From Candidatus Omnitrophota bacterium (GTDB lineage: Bacteria; Omnitrophota; Gorgyraeia; Zapsychrales; Fredricksoniimonadaceae), in NCBI GenBank assembly GCA_015232565.1, contig JADFZK010000001.1, forward strand, positions 77,160 to 141,159: DNA of 64,000 nucleotides, read 5' to 3'. The notes beneath the pieces are model-generated. The model searched no databases and was not told the DNA's origin. It worked only from the letters and a program-made list of their open reading frames with translations. The position numbers were made by a program, and so were the translations under genes. This document shows positions 28,567 to 39,975 of the stretch, piece by piece (position 1 is the first letter of the stretch; every line of letters begins with the position of its first letter).

Positions 28567-30081
28567 ATGAAAAGAGTTACCTGGTTGATCTTCCTTTCAG
28601 CTTTTCTTTTGCTTCGTCCATATAACTTCTCTACCACCGGACAAATGTATTCCGGTGATGATTGGTCTTATTTTGCGCATGCGTCCGCGTTGGCGTTTGG
28701 AGAATTCCCCTCTTATAGCAAGGAGTCCTGGATGACCGGAGAGGGTGTTCCGTCTCATTCGGTAGGTGCCGGAGTCCTGGCGGCCCCTTTTGTTTATCTG
28801 TTTTCGCGGTTAGATTTGCTAAATGGTAACGATATTGTTTCGGAACGAAAGCCGAACAACATTCCGGGTAGTTGGGCTTTATTCGGATTTGTGGTGGCGA
28901 GTTCAGTGTATTTCTGGTTAGCGTGTTTATTTCTTTTTCTTTCAGCTCGAATGTTCGTTAGCAGCACTGCCGCTTCCTGGGCGGTTATCGGGATGGTGTT
29001 GGTACAAGGCGCCCCGCTGTTTATTTTTCGTCGTCCGGTTTTCTCTCATGTTTATGAGCTGGTGTTATTGGCTTTCCTGGTCTGGTTGTTTTGCCGGGTG
29101 AAACAGGCCGGCGCGGTGTTCGGCCGGGGCAGTATGTTGGTGGCCGGAATAGCCGGTGGCCTTCTTTCTTTAACCAGACTGGATGATCTGGGTTTTGTAT
29201 TAGGTTTTCAGATCTTGTTCGTGTGGCAAATGAAGGGGGCCGTTTATCGTAAAGCGTTGGCCTTAGGCCTGATGGTTTTCCTGGGAGCCTTGGTGGTGGC
29301 GGTATTTAAAGTCTGGCCGGAAATGCTGGTTGCGCATCATTCTTTACATGGTGTTGATAATTTGATGAAGCACCTTTCTGTTTTGGATTATATGCGCAGG
29401 TTGTGGCATATCATCGTCGGGCCCGATTGGGGTTTGGTGTTTACGGCGCCTTTTATTCTGGTAACTGTCGTATTTTTGTATACTTCGGCTAACAGTGTTC
29501 TCGTTCAGTTTAAATGGATAAGTGTTTTGTTATTGATCAAGCTTTGGGTAGTGATGCAGTGGATGACCCAGGGTGGTTGGTATGGCTATCGTTATTTGCT
29601 TTTGAGTGCGATGGCCTTGTTGACAGTGCCGTTTGCGGTATTTCTGGAAGAGAAGGTTCTGAAAGGGGCATTATGGCGGCGAGTGGCAGTTGTGTTGATC
29701 GCTTTACCGCCACTTTTGTCGATGTTGTTCTTTGAGGGTAATGCCGAGGGGTTGACCTTGCATATTGTCGAGCAATATTTTGCTGTTAGTGGATGGGGTA
29801 ATAATATATATCAGTGGGAGGTGTGGAGAGCCTTATTGTGGACGCCTTTGGAGGCTGTTATGGTTTTGTGCAAAGGGGGAGTCTTGTATTTTTTCTATCT
29901 GTTCTGCCAGGCATTTTCTCTGGACAGCGTATTGCCAATTATTGTGCGTGGTAAATATCCGTCTTTTCAATGGGTCGTGCTGGTTAAGACTATTCTGGTT
30001 TATGTTATTCCGTTCGTTTTGTTTCTTTTATGGCAAGCCAGCAACTTTAAGCCCGGACGCAAAGCCTGGTTGCAAGAATAG
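28567..30081 (+). CDS. Polytopic membrane protein (504 aa), possibly a GT-C-like glycosyltransferase or polymerase.
   Basis: It has more than 10 TM helices and an N-terminal loop YSGDDWSYFAHASALAFGEFP with a DD motif. No soluble domain was recognised. Confidence 0.45.
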   Translation: MKRVTWLIFLSAFLLLRPYNFSTTGQMYSGDDWSYFAHASALAFGEFPSYSKESWMTGEGVPSHSVGAGVLAAPFVYLFSRLDLLNGNDIVSERKPNNIPGSWALFGFVVASSVYFWLACLFLFLSARMFVSSTAASWAVIGMVLVQGAPLFIFRRPVFSHVYELVLLAFLVWLFCRVKQAGAVFGRGSMLVAGIAGGLLSLTRLDDLGFVLGFQILFVWQMKGAVYRKALALGLMVFLGALVVAVFKVWPEMLVAHHSLHGVDNLMKHLSVLDYMRRLWHIIVGPDWGLVFTAPFILVTVVFLYTSANSVLVQFKWISVLLLIKLWVVMQWMTQGGWYGYRYLLLSAMALLTVPFAVFLEEKVLKGALWRRVAVVLIALPPLLSMLFFEGNAEGLTLHIVEQYFAVSGWGNNIYQWEVWRALLWTPLEAVMVLCKGGVLYFFYLFCQAFSLDSVLPIIVRGKYPSFQWVVLVKTILVYVIPFVLFLLWQASNFKPGRKAWLQE

Positions 30082-30125
30082 GGCGATATAACAACCGCAG
30101 AACACCCAAGAAAATATTGTTTGCG

Positions 30126-30677
30126 TTAGGTGTGTTCCAGGATAAATAACTGGTTGGCGCCCCATAAAAAACGCTGATATGCGCCGATCTTAAGGCGGCA
30201 TTCTTTCGTTAATTGATCCATTGCTGCCCAATCAAGATATTGATGATGTTCTTCTGCTGCGGAGTGGTTAAAGAGGCCCAGGCAGGCGCCAGTTTCGTAA
30301 ATCTTCCTAAAGGCCGGATGTGGCGTTGTGATTATGATCTTTCCTTCAGGTTCCAGCTTGTCGGCCAGTTTATGCATAAAAGAGCCGGGGTCAGCCAGGT
30401 GTTCAATAACGGCCAGTAAAGCGATAGTCCTGAATTTTATGTTTGGGGGCAGTTCGGCCATCAGGTGGAAACAATGGCGCGGATGATCCTTTTTTGCGCA
30501 AGCGATGGCTTCGGGGTTGATATCTGTTCCGGTATAAGAATTGGGATCAAAATATTGGGCCAGATGGCCTTTGCCACAGCCAACGTCCAGTATGGCCGGA
30601 GCGAGAAAGGGTTTGGCGGTATGCAGCCGGATAAAGCGCAGATAACCGGATAGAGCCCCATCGGCCTGTTCATTCAT
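30126..30677 (-). CDS. Class I SAM-dependent methyltransferase.
   Basis: It has ILDVGCGKGHLAQYFD (motif I GxGxG) and IIITTP downstream. It is one of only two minus-strand genes in the window. Confidence 0.7.
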   Translation of the reverse strand: MNEQADGALSGYLRFIRLHTAKPFLAPAILDVGCGKGHLAQYFDPNSYTGTDINPEAIACAKKDHPRHCFHLMAELPPNIKFRTIALLAVIEHLADPGSFMHKLADKLEPEGKIIITTPHPAFRKIYETGACLGLFNHSAAEEHHQYLDWAAMDQLTKECRLKIGAYQRFLWGANQLFILEHT

Positions 30678-31623
30678 GGGAAGCGTCTTTAAGTTGATCT
30701 TTCTTAAGGCGATATTGCACGTCTTCCATTATTCGCCGATTGATCGCGGAAACATCGGTAATGAACGCAGTGAGGATAATCTGAAATCCAAGGCCGAGCA
30801 GGATGGAGGCGGCTATCAGGGATTGAACATGGCCATTGCCGGAATGATGATAGAACAGCCACAGGAAGCGTATTATCATCAGGCTTCCTATTACAGCAAA
30901 AAAGGTTCCGATCGAGAAAAAGAATCGAAAAGGGTGGTAGTTTACTGATATCCTGATGATGGTTTGGAGAGAATTTAACACATATGAAAGGGTGCTTTTT
31001 GCCAGGCGTGAAGGGCGCAGGTAGCCGTTAACTCGGATGGGGACACTTACTACCGTCAGGTTCTTTTGTTTGGCCTGGATCAACATCTCCAGAGTATAAG
31101 TGTATTTGCTGAATATGTTTATCTTTAACGCCGCTTCCCGATTCAGGGCGCGAAATCCGCTGGTAGCGTCCAGTATATTGACTCCGCTTATCCAGCGGAC
31201 TATTGCGCTTCCAATGTTTTGCAAAAGTTTTTTAGTGAAAGAAAAATGCTGTATTTGGCCGATTGGCCTGGTGCCGATCACTATATCGGCGTGTTTTTGT
31301 GTTATTGGGGCGGTAAGTTTATTAATATCTTCCGCGTTGTATTGATTGTCGGCATCGGTATTTACAATTATATCGGCGCCCAGTTTTACGCTGGCTTCCA
31401 TTCCCATGGTGAAAGCGCGAGCCAGGCCCTGGTGAGAGGTCATTTTAACAATGTGATCGGCACCGTTCTGGCGGGCCACTTCGATTGTGTTGTCGGTACT
31501 GCCATCGTCTATTATCAACACTTTTACATCGCGACATCCGGTTACTGAACGCGGGATCTTGGCCAAGGTAACGGGTAGCGTAGCGGCTTCATTATAACAG
31601 GGTATTTGTATGAAAAGTTGCAT
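30670..31623 (-). CDS. Glycosyltransferase family 2 (membrane-anchored by C-terminal TM helices).
   Basis: It has MQLFIQIPCYNEAATLPVTLAKI and LIIDDGSTDNT, with C-terminal hydrophobic helices. The ATG at 31623 is preferred (MQLFIQIP). Confidence 0.7.
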   Translation of the reverse strand: MQLFIQIPCYNEAATLPVTLAKIPRSVTGCRDVKVLIIDDGSTDNTIEVARQNGADHIVKMTSHQGLARAFTMGMEASVKLGADIIVNTDADNQYNAEDINKLTAPITQKHADIVIGTRPIGQIQHFSFTKKLLQNIGSAIVRWISGVNILDATSGFRALNREAALKINIFSKYTYTLEMLIQAKQKNLTVVSVPIRVNGYLRPSRLAKSTLSYVLNSLQTIIRISVNYHPFRFFFSIGTFFAVIGSLMIIRFLWLFYHHSGNGHVQSLIAASILLGLGFQIILTAFITDVSAINRRIMEDVQYRLKKDQLKDASHE

Positions 31624-31659
31624 GGCATTAATGATATTAAAAAAATACCTAAATAACAA

Positions 31660-31797
31660 TGTTTTTCGGTACGTAATTATATTATGCTTTTATGCCAAGG
31701 CTTGATTTGTGTTGCTTAGTGACCGGTTCAAATGTTTTTTATGAATTTAATTTGTGCTGGCTGGCTTGATCGTGTTTGAAACTATAACGGATTCTTT
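31660..31797. promoter_or_regulatory. AT-rich divergent intergenic region between the minus-strand GT2 gene and the plus-strand wecB-like gene; probable bidirectional promoter region.
   Basis: The 138-bp non-coding stretch is strongly AT-rich (aaaaaatacctaaataacaatgttttt ... tttttatgaatttaatttg) and lies between divergently oriented starts. Confidence 0.3.
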
Positions 31798-32547
31798 ATG
31801 ACCACCTATAGCGTTCTGGATATTCAGGTTTCCGCGGTTAATCCCGACCTGGCGTTCTCTGTTATTCGCGATCTTGTTGCTTCCCGTGCTAAAGCTTATG
31901 TTTGCGTGGCACCGGTGTCTACTATTGTGGACGCGCGGCGTGATCCGCAGTACCGGGCGGTGGTTAACGCCGCGGCTATGGTAACGCCGGATGGCGCTCC
32001 GGTGGCCTGGCTGGGGCGTTGGCACGGGCATAAGTCCGTGCGCCGGACTTATGGGCCGGATCTTATGTTGCAGGTCTGCGCTGAAGGCCGTGCGCAGGGA
32101 TTTCGTCATTTTTTCTATGGCGCAAGCGCCCCTGTTTGTGATAGATTGGAACACAATTTAAGGTCCCGGTTCCCAGGCATTCACATAGCGGGCAAGATTG
32201 CTCCGCCTTATATTAGTAAAGCCGCAGTGTTGGCGGACGCCGTGATCAAGGAGATCAATGCCGCGCGCCCGGATGTGCTGTGGGTGGGGCTGGGGTCGCC
32301 CAAACAGGATCTTTGGATGGCGCTAAACCGTGCGGCTTTGGATGTGCCGGTAATGATCGGCATTGGCGCGGCGTTCGACTTTATCGCCGGCGAGAAGCCG
32401 CAGGCGCCCGGCTGGATGCGGGCTTGCGCGCTCGAATGGCTTTTTCGGTTATGTTGCGAACCCCGGCGGCTCTGGAAGCGTTATCTGCTGGGCAACACCT
32501 TGTTTATTTTCTGGTTGATCAAGGACGCTGTTTTTAAACGCCGTTAA
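31798..32547 (+). CDS. WecB/TagA/CpsF-family glycosyltransferase (GT26).
   Basis: It has VLDIQVSAVNPDLAFSVI and VTPDGAPVAWLGRWHG, characteristic of GT26 N-acetylmannosaminyl/glucuronosyl transferases. Confidence 0.75.
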   Translation: MTTYSVLDIQVSAVNPDLAFSVIRDLVASRAKAYVCVAPVSTIVDARRDPQYRAVVNAAAMVTPDGAPVAWLGRWHGHKSVRRTYGPDLMLQVCAEGRAQGFRHFFYGASAPVCDRLEHNLRSRFPGIHIAGKIAPPYISKAAVLADAVIKEINAARPDVLWVGLGSPKQDLWMALNRAALDVPVMIGIGAAFDFIAGEKPQAPGWMRACALEWLFRLCCEPRRLWKRYLLGNTLFIFWLIKDAVFKRR

Positions 32548-32586
32548 GAAAGCACCTTTAGGGAAATCTTCGGAGATAAGGCCTTA

Positions 32587-34001
32587 ATGATCAGCCGCGC
32601 CCTTTCTTTTCTTATTCGCTTGTCCTATGTCCTGGTTGACATCGGGTGTATTTTCTTCAGTATCTTTCTGGCCTCCTGGCTCAGGCAGAACGCTTTCCCC
32701 ATGACTTTGCAGGAATTGTTTTTTGATACCAGCAATCCTTTTCATCTGGTTTTCGTTATCTGGTTTGTGACCGTCCTGTTCTTTAATGGTCTGCATCATT
32801 TGTATCAGACCCGGCGGGAAGTGGTGGAGTTCCACGAGATCGGGCAGGTGGTGCGTTCGGTGCTTTTTGCGGCCGGGACCGTGCTGGTGTTTGTTTATGG
32901 CATGAAGATCGTGGGGTTTCCGCGGTCAGTCTTTTTTCTTATAGTGTTCTTCACGTTCGTGTTATTTTGTTTGTGGCGTTTCCTTAAACGTCTTTTCGTG
33001 GAATTCCTGGCGGCCAATGGTTACAACAATTTCAATGTCCTGATCGTGGGCGCCGGGCGGACCGGTATGATGCTGGCCCAGGAAATAAAGCTTCATCCGG
33101 GACTGGGTTTGCGGGTGGTCGGGTTCTTGGATGATGTCAAAACGGCTACCGAACTGGGTCCCGAACATAAGGTGCTGGGCAAGCTTTCCCAGCTGGAAGA
33201 GGTGGCCAGGAAGAATTTCGTGCACAAGGTTTTCTTTACCATTCATCCTCCGGGTAATATTTTCTACGATATGATCGAGACCGCCAAGGCCCTGCGTATC
33301 GCGGTCCGCGTTATTCCCGTGGCTTTCGACCGGGCGGTGGGTGAGATATTCAAATTCAATATTGGGTATATCCCGGTCCTGGAGTATTCCGGACTGGGTC
33401 ATAATCGGGTGCAATACGGCAAGCGCGTTTTTGACCTGATGATGTCGGGGGTGGCGTTGGTTTTGCTCATGCCTTGCGTCTTTCTGATCGGCCTTTTGAT
33501 CAAACTCGACAGCGTTGGCCCGGTGTTCTATTTCTCCAGTCGTTATGGTTGTGGTGGCCGGGTATTTAAGATGTGGAAATTCCGTAGTATGGTGGTGGAT
33601 GCGGATGCCCGCCTGGCCGAGCTTAAGGCTAAGAACGAGGTCGATGGCCCGATATTCAAGATCAAACAGGATCCGCGGGTTACGGCTATCGGTAAATTCT
33701 TAAGAAAATACAGCCTGGATGAACTGCCGCAGATATTCAATGTTCTTATGGGGGATATGAGCCTGGTCGGCCCGCGGCCTTTACCCCTGGACCAGGTTGA
33801 GCGGGAAGATCCCAATCAGCTTAAGCGCCTGGAGGTCCGTCCGGGCATTACCGGTTTATGGCAGGTGCGCGGCCGCAGTGACCTGCCTTTTCATCGTTTG
33901 ATAAAATGGGATACGTGGTACATAAATAACTGGTCGTTCATGCTGGATATCGGCATTCTGCTGGAAACGGTGCCGGTGGTGATAAAAGGAAAAGGAGCGT
34001 A

Positions 34002-34005
<4 letters not shown>
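32587..34005 (+). CDS. Polyprenyl-phosphate sugar phosphotransferase (WbaP/bacterial sugar transferase family); initiating enzyme.
   Basis: It has N-terminal TM helices and a central Rossmann-like domain ([15 protein letters not shown]). The C-terminal Bac_transf domain reads [18 protein letters not shown] ... [25 protein letters not shown] ... [13 protein letters not shown]. Confidence 0.8.
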
Positions 34006-35958
<1,953 letters not shown>

Positions 35959-35959
<1 letters not shown>

Positions 35960-37203
35960 TGATAGCTATCACTTTTCTTGATCGGGCGATCTTTGTTCTA
36001 CTTTGTCTTTTGGTTTTCTTTTTGCCTGCCACCAATGCTTTTGTGGAAGTGGCGTCTGCTTTGGCTATACTGGCTTTCCTCATAAAACAGTTTCTGCTGG
36101 GCCCCGCGGCTTTAAAACGCCTGCCGGGCAAGATGGTGCTTATTCCGGCTTTGTTGTTTTTTGTCTGGTCGGGGCTTTCCATTGTCTGGAGCCAGTTCCC
36201 GTTGTTAAGCCTGAAGGGTTTTCTCGGCAAATCTTTGCAGGCCGCTTTTTTGTTCATTATTAGTTATGAAACTTTGTCTTCCGGCAAGCGCTACTGGATC
36301 CTGATCGCGGTTTTTATGGTCTCGGCGGGCATTGTATCTTTGGATGGCTTATGGCAGGCTTATTCGGGGTTCGACATCTTTGTGCGCGCTCCGTTCTCGG
36401 ACGGGCGGGTAATGGCGTCTTTCCGGCACCCTAATGATTTTGGGGCTTACCTTATCCTGGCGATCCTGCCGGTCATAGTGCTTACCATAACAGCCGGAGT
36501 GCGTTCTTTTACCGATTACAGTCTTAAGAACGCCATGTTGTTCTTTGGCGGTTTTCTCTTTGTGGGCGTAGCTTCAACAGCTTTGGGATTAACTTATTCC
36601 CGGGGTGCCTGGTTCGGCATGGTAGTGGCGGCGATCATTTTGATCGCCCATAACCGCCGTTTGTGGCCGGCGGTGCTGGCTTTCACGTCTTTGTTCATCC
36701 TTATTTTTCAGCCTTTATTGCTTAAGATCCGGGATGTTTCTTTTGTGGCGGATACGGTCGGCGGGCAGTCAAGTTTCGGGGTTTTTAACGGTAATGGTCG
36801 GCTGGTTTTCTGGCGCGACGCACTGAAGGTCATCGCCGATAACCCCATCTTCGGCACCGGGTTGAATTCCTACACTATGGTAATTAAGAAGTATGTGCCT
36901 ATGTGGGCTATTTATCCGCATAACTGCTATTTGCAAATGGGCGCCGAGTTGGGGCTGGTGGGGTTGGCTTTGTTCCTTTGGTTCATGATTGCGCTAATGA
37001 TCAAGATGTCGTCGGGGATCGGGCGTTTGCCCAAAGAGCCCGAGCGCTGGTTATTGACGGCTTTCTTTGCCGGCTGGTGCGGTTTTCTGGTCCATAGCGG
37101 GCTGGATACCTCGTTATATTCGTCCCAGTTGACCGCTATTTTCTGGGTCGTTACCGGAGCGATGGCAGCTTTCGGTAAGCAGATATCATGTCGTCAGGTA
37201 TGA
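35959..37203 (+). CDS. O-antigen ligase / Wzy-type polymerase family membrane protein.
   Basis: It has about 11 TM helices. The C-terminal region YPHNCYLQMGAELGLVGLALFLWF matches the Wzy_C motif. Confidence 0.65.
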
Positions 37204-37234
37204 TCTGAATGGTTTCTGGCGTTTGAATTGCGAT

Positions 37235-37262
37235 TTGACAAAACGGGTTCAATAAATATAAT
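37235..37262 (+). promoter_or_regulatory. Consensus sigma70-type promoter (TTGACA-N16-TATAAT) upstream of pgk.
   Basis: Exact TTGACA at 37235-37240 and exact TATAAT at 37257-37262 with a 16-nt spacer. It lies in the 300-bp gap that separates the glycan locus from pgk. Confidence 0.45.
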
Positions 37263-37404
37263 AGGGAATCTTTTGGGGTGGTTAATGCTGTAGGTAGTGT
37301 GTCTGACGCTTCTTTACATTTGAAGAGCATTGGAAAATCGAGAATAGACCGCAATGGAGCCAAATGTTTTATTATTTCTCCATTTTCGATTGCTTCATTG
37401 CTCC

Positions 37405-37448
37405 AGTGTGGTGATTCAAATGTAAAGAGATATGTGAATCACCACACT
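37405..37448. promoter_or_regulatory. 14-bp perfect inverted repeat (hairpin or palindromic operator) in the pgk leader.
   Basis: aGTGTGGTGATTCA (37405-37418), a 16-nt loop, then TGAATCACCACACt (37435-37448). It lies about 60 nt upstream of the pgk ATG and downstream of the consensus promoter. No U-tract follows. Confidence 0.35.
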
Positions 37449-37504
37449 AGCGGCCACTGGTCAAAAACGAACTCTTACCTGAAATAACTCTTAAGCGAGG
37501 TTTT

Positions 37505-38728
37505 ATGAACAAGCAGACGGTGCGGGATGTGGTTTTAAAGGGCAAGAAAGTTATTATTCGCGTGGATTTTAATGTGCCGCTGGATGGCGACAAGATCACG
37601 GACGACATACGGATCAGGGCCGCTGTTCCGACGATAAAATATGTGCTGGATAATGGCGCCGCGAAGGTTGTCTTAATGAGCCATTTGGGCCGGCCCAAAG
37701 GCACGGGTTTCGAGAAAGAATTTTCACTGGCTCCGGCGGCTAAATGTTTGGCCGGGCTTTTGGGAACGCCGGTAAAACTTTTGTCCGATTGCATTGGCCC
37801 GGAAGTCAAGGCTGGTATAGCCGCGGCCACCGAGAAAGTGGTCTTGCTGGAAAACCTGCGTTTTCATAAGGAAGAAGAAAAGAACGACCCCGCTTTTGCC
37901 AAAGAGCTGGCCAGTTTAGCTGATATTTATGTTAATGACGCTTTCGGCACCGCGCATCGTGCGCATGCTTCAACTGCGGGTGTGGCGGCGTTCCTTCCGG
38001 CGGTGAGCGGCTTTCTGATCGAAAAAGAGTTAACTTACCTGGGAGCCGCGGTCAACAATCCGGAGCGGCCTTTTGTGGTTATCCTGGGCGGCGCCAAGGT
38101 GTCGGACAAGATCCTGCTTATCGAGAGCCTGCTTAAGAAGGCCAACACTATTATCATCGGCGGCGGGATGGCATACACGTTCCTTAAGTCACAGGGTATC
38201 AATATTGGAAATTCTAAGCTGGAGAAAGACAAGGTTGACCTGGCCCGGGGGTTGCTGGAAAAGGCCAAGGCGGCGGGTGTGCGCATTGAGCTTACCGAAG
38301 ACTTTGTGATCGTGCCCAATTTTGAATCTAACGACGGTAAGATCTCGGATGTTATTCCGGATGGTTTCGAGTCTTTGGATATTGGCCCCAAAACGCGTGC
38401 CAAGTTCAAGAAAATACTGGATGGCGCCAGGACGGTGGTGTGGAACGGCCCTCTGGGGGTGTTCGAGCGCGATGCTTTTGCCAATGGCACCAAAGAGATC
38501 GCCCAGCATTTGGCCGCTTTGAAAGACAAAGGCGTCAAGACCATTATCGGCGGCGGCGATTCGGCGGCCGCGGTACTTAAGTTCGGCCTGGACGACAAGA
38601 TGACGCATATTTCGACCGGCGGCGGGGCTTCGCTGGAGTATCTGGAAGGCAAGGAATTGCCCGGGATCACGGCGCTGAACGACAAGAAAGCCAAGGGTTG
38701 CTGTAGCGGCGGTTGCGTTTGTTCTTAA
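37505..38728 (+). CDS. pgk: Phosphoglycerate kinase.
   Basis: It has [35 protein letters not shown] and GGGASLE, the canonical Pgk motifs. It carries an unusual C-terminal tail [14 protein letters not shown]. Confidence 0.9.
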   Translation: MNKQTVRDVVLKGKKVIIRVDFNVPLDGDKITDDIRIRAAVPTIKYVLDNGAAKVVLMSHLGRPKGTGFEKEFSLAPAAKCLAGLLGTPVKLLSDCIGPEVKAGIAAATEKVVLLENLRFHKEEEKNDPAFAKELASLADIYVNDAFGTAHRAHASTAGVAAFLPAVSGFLIEKELTYLGAAVNNPERPFVVILGGAKVSDKILLIESLLKKANTIIIGGGMAYTFLKSQGINIGNSKLEKDKVDLARGLLEKAKAAGVRIELTEDFVIVPNFESNDGKISDVIPDGFESLDIGPKTRAKFKKILDGARTVVWNGPLGVFERDAFANGTKEIAQHLAALKDKGVKTIIGGGDSAAAVLKFGLDDKMTHISTGGGASLEYLEGKELPGITALNDKKAKGCCSGGCVCS

Positions 38729-38781
38729 GGTAGTTCGGGGAAACGTTTTTAGTAAAGTTCAAAAATCTTGCGGAGATATAA

Positions 38782-39540
38782 ATGAGAAAAAAGATCATTG
38801 CCGGCAACTGGAAAATGTATAAGACCGCGCCTGAGGCGCTGGAGCTGGTGGCGGCGCTTAAGAAGGAAATTGGCGGCGTGACCGCGGTGGATGTGGTGGT
38901 TTGTCCTCCTTTCGTTCATTTGGGAGCGGTGGTGGATAATTGCCGTGCCAGTTCGATCGCGGTTGGCGCGCAGAATATTTATTGGGAAGATGCGGGTGCT
39001 TTCACCGGTGAAGTTTCGGGCCCTATGCTGGCTTCGGTGGGAGTAAAATACGTTATTATCGGGCATTCGGAACGCCGTCAGTTCTTCGGTGAGACCAATG
39101 AGACCGTCAACAAGCGTACCCGGGCGGCCCTTAAGAATGGGTTAAAGCCTATTGTTTGCGTGGGGGAGAACCTGGCTGAGCGCGAGTCCGGCCGGACCTT
39201 TGATGTTATTCGCGATCATGTTACCGGATCGCTGGCGGGCCTCACCAAGGAAGACATGCTCAGGATCGTACTGGCTTATGAACCGGTGTGGGCTATCGGC
39301 ACGGGCAAAACCGCCTCTGCCGCCCAGGCGCAGGAAGTGCATAAGTTCATCCGCGAAATATTGCTCAAGATGTTCGACAAGGCTACGGCGGACGCTACAC
39401 GGATCCAGTACGGCGGCAGTGTGAAGCCCGAGAATATCGCCGAGCTGGTGGCCCAGCCGGATATCGATGGCGCTTTGGTGGGCGGAGCCAGCCTGAAGGC
39501 GGATTCTTTTGCCGCGCTGGTTAGAAATTCAATGAATTAA
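38782..39540 (+). CDS. tpiA: Triose-phosphate isomerase.
   Basis: It has IIAGNWKMYKT, VIIGHSERRQFFGE, YEPVWAIGTGKTAS and QYGGSV, the canonical TIM motifs. Confidence 0.9.
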   Translation: MRKKIIAGNWKMYKTAPEALELVAALKKEIGGVTAVDVVVCPPFVHLGAVVDNCRASSIAVGAQNIYWEDAGAFTGEVSGPMLASVGVKYVIIGHSERRQFFGETNETVNKRTRAALKNGLKPIVCVGENLAERESGRTFDVIRDHVTGSLAGLTKEDMLRIVLAYEPVWAIGTGKTASAAQAQEVHKFIREILLKMFDKATADATRIQYGGSVKPENIAELVAQPDIDGALVGGASLKADSFAALVRNSMN

Positions 39541-39555
39541 TAGGGGGTATTGCCA

Positions 39556-39975
39556 GTGATCACATTTCTAACTATCGTTCATATCATCGCCTGTATTTTA
39601 CTAGTGGCCACTATTTTGATGCAGTCCGGCAAGGGCGGCGGGTTGGCCGAAGGCTTTAGTTCGGCCGAGAATCTGCTGGGCGCGCAGACCAATGTGGTAA
39701 TGGTGCGGGTCACTACCTTTATCGGGGTGATCTTTCTGGTCACTTGCCTGAGCCTGGCGGTTTTAACGGCCAAGCAGGGGACTTCCTTGATGAAAAAGAT
39801 CCCGGCGCGGACTCCGAAAGCCAAGACCGTTGATGTGGACAAGCTTTTTGATCAGGCGCCTTCGCAGACCATTACTTTGAATGCCGAAGGCCCGGCGGGT
39901 GAAGCGGCGGCTGTGCCGGCGGAAAAGTCCGCGGCTCCGGTCAGTCCAGGGGTTTTGGTGAACACTACAAAATAA
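39556..39975 (+). CDS. secG: Preprotein translocase subunit SecG (with a low-complexity C-terminal extension).
   Basis: ITFLTIVHIIACILLVATILMQSGKGGGLAEGF matches the SecG N-terminal TM helix plus the LMQ.GKG motif. The pgk-tpiA-secG order is conserved. The GTG at 39556 has a GGGGGT ribosome-binding site 8 nt upstream. Confidence 0.75.
   Translation: MITFLTIVHIIACILLVATILMQSGKGGGLAEGFSSAENLLGAQTNVVMVRVTTFIGVIFLVTCLSLAVLTAKQGTSLMKKIPARTPKAKTVDVDKLFDQAPSQTITLNAEGPAGEAAAVPAEKSAAPVSPGVLVNTTK

Noticed and set aside
30082-30125. I considered a bidirectional terminator at the convergent junction between the membrane protein (+) and the methyltransferase (-).
   Set aside because: There is only a weak imperfect inverted repeat (aacaccc / ggtgtgtt) and no T-tract on either strand. 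That is not enough to call.
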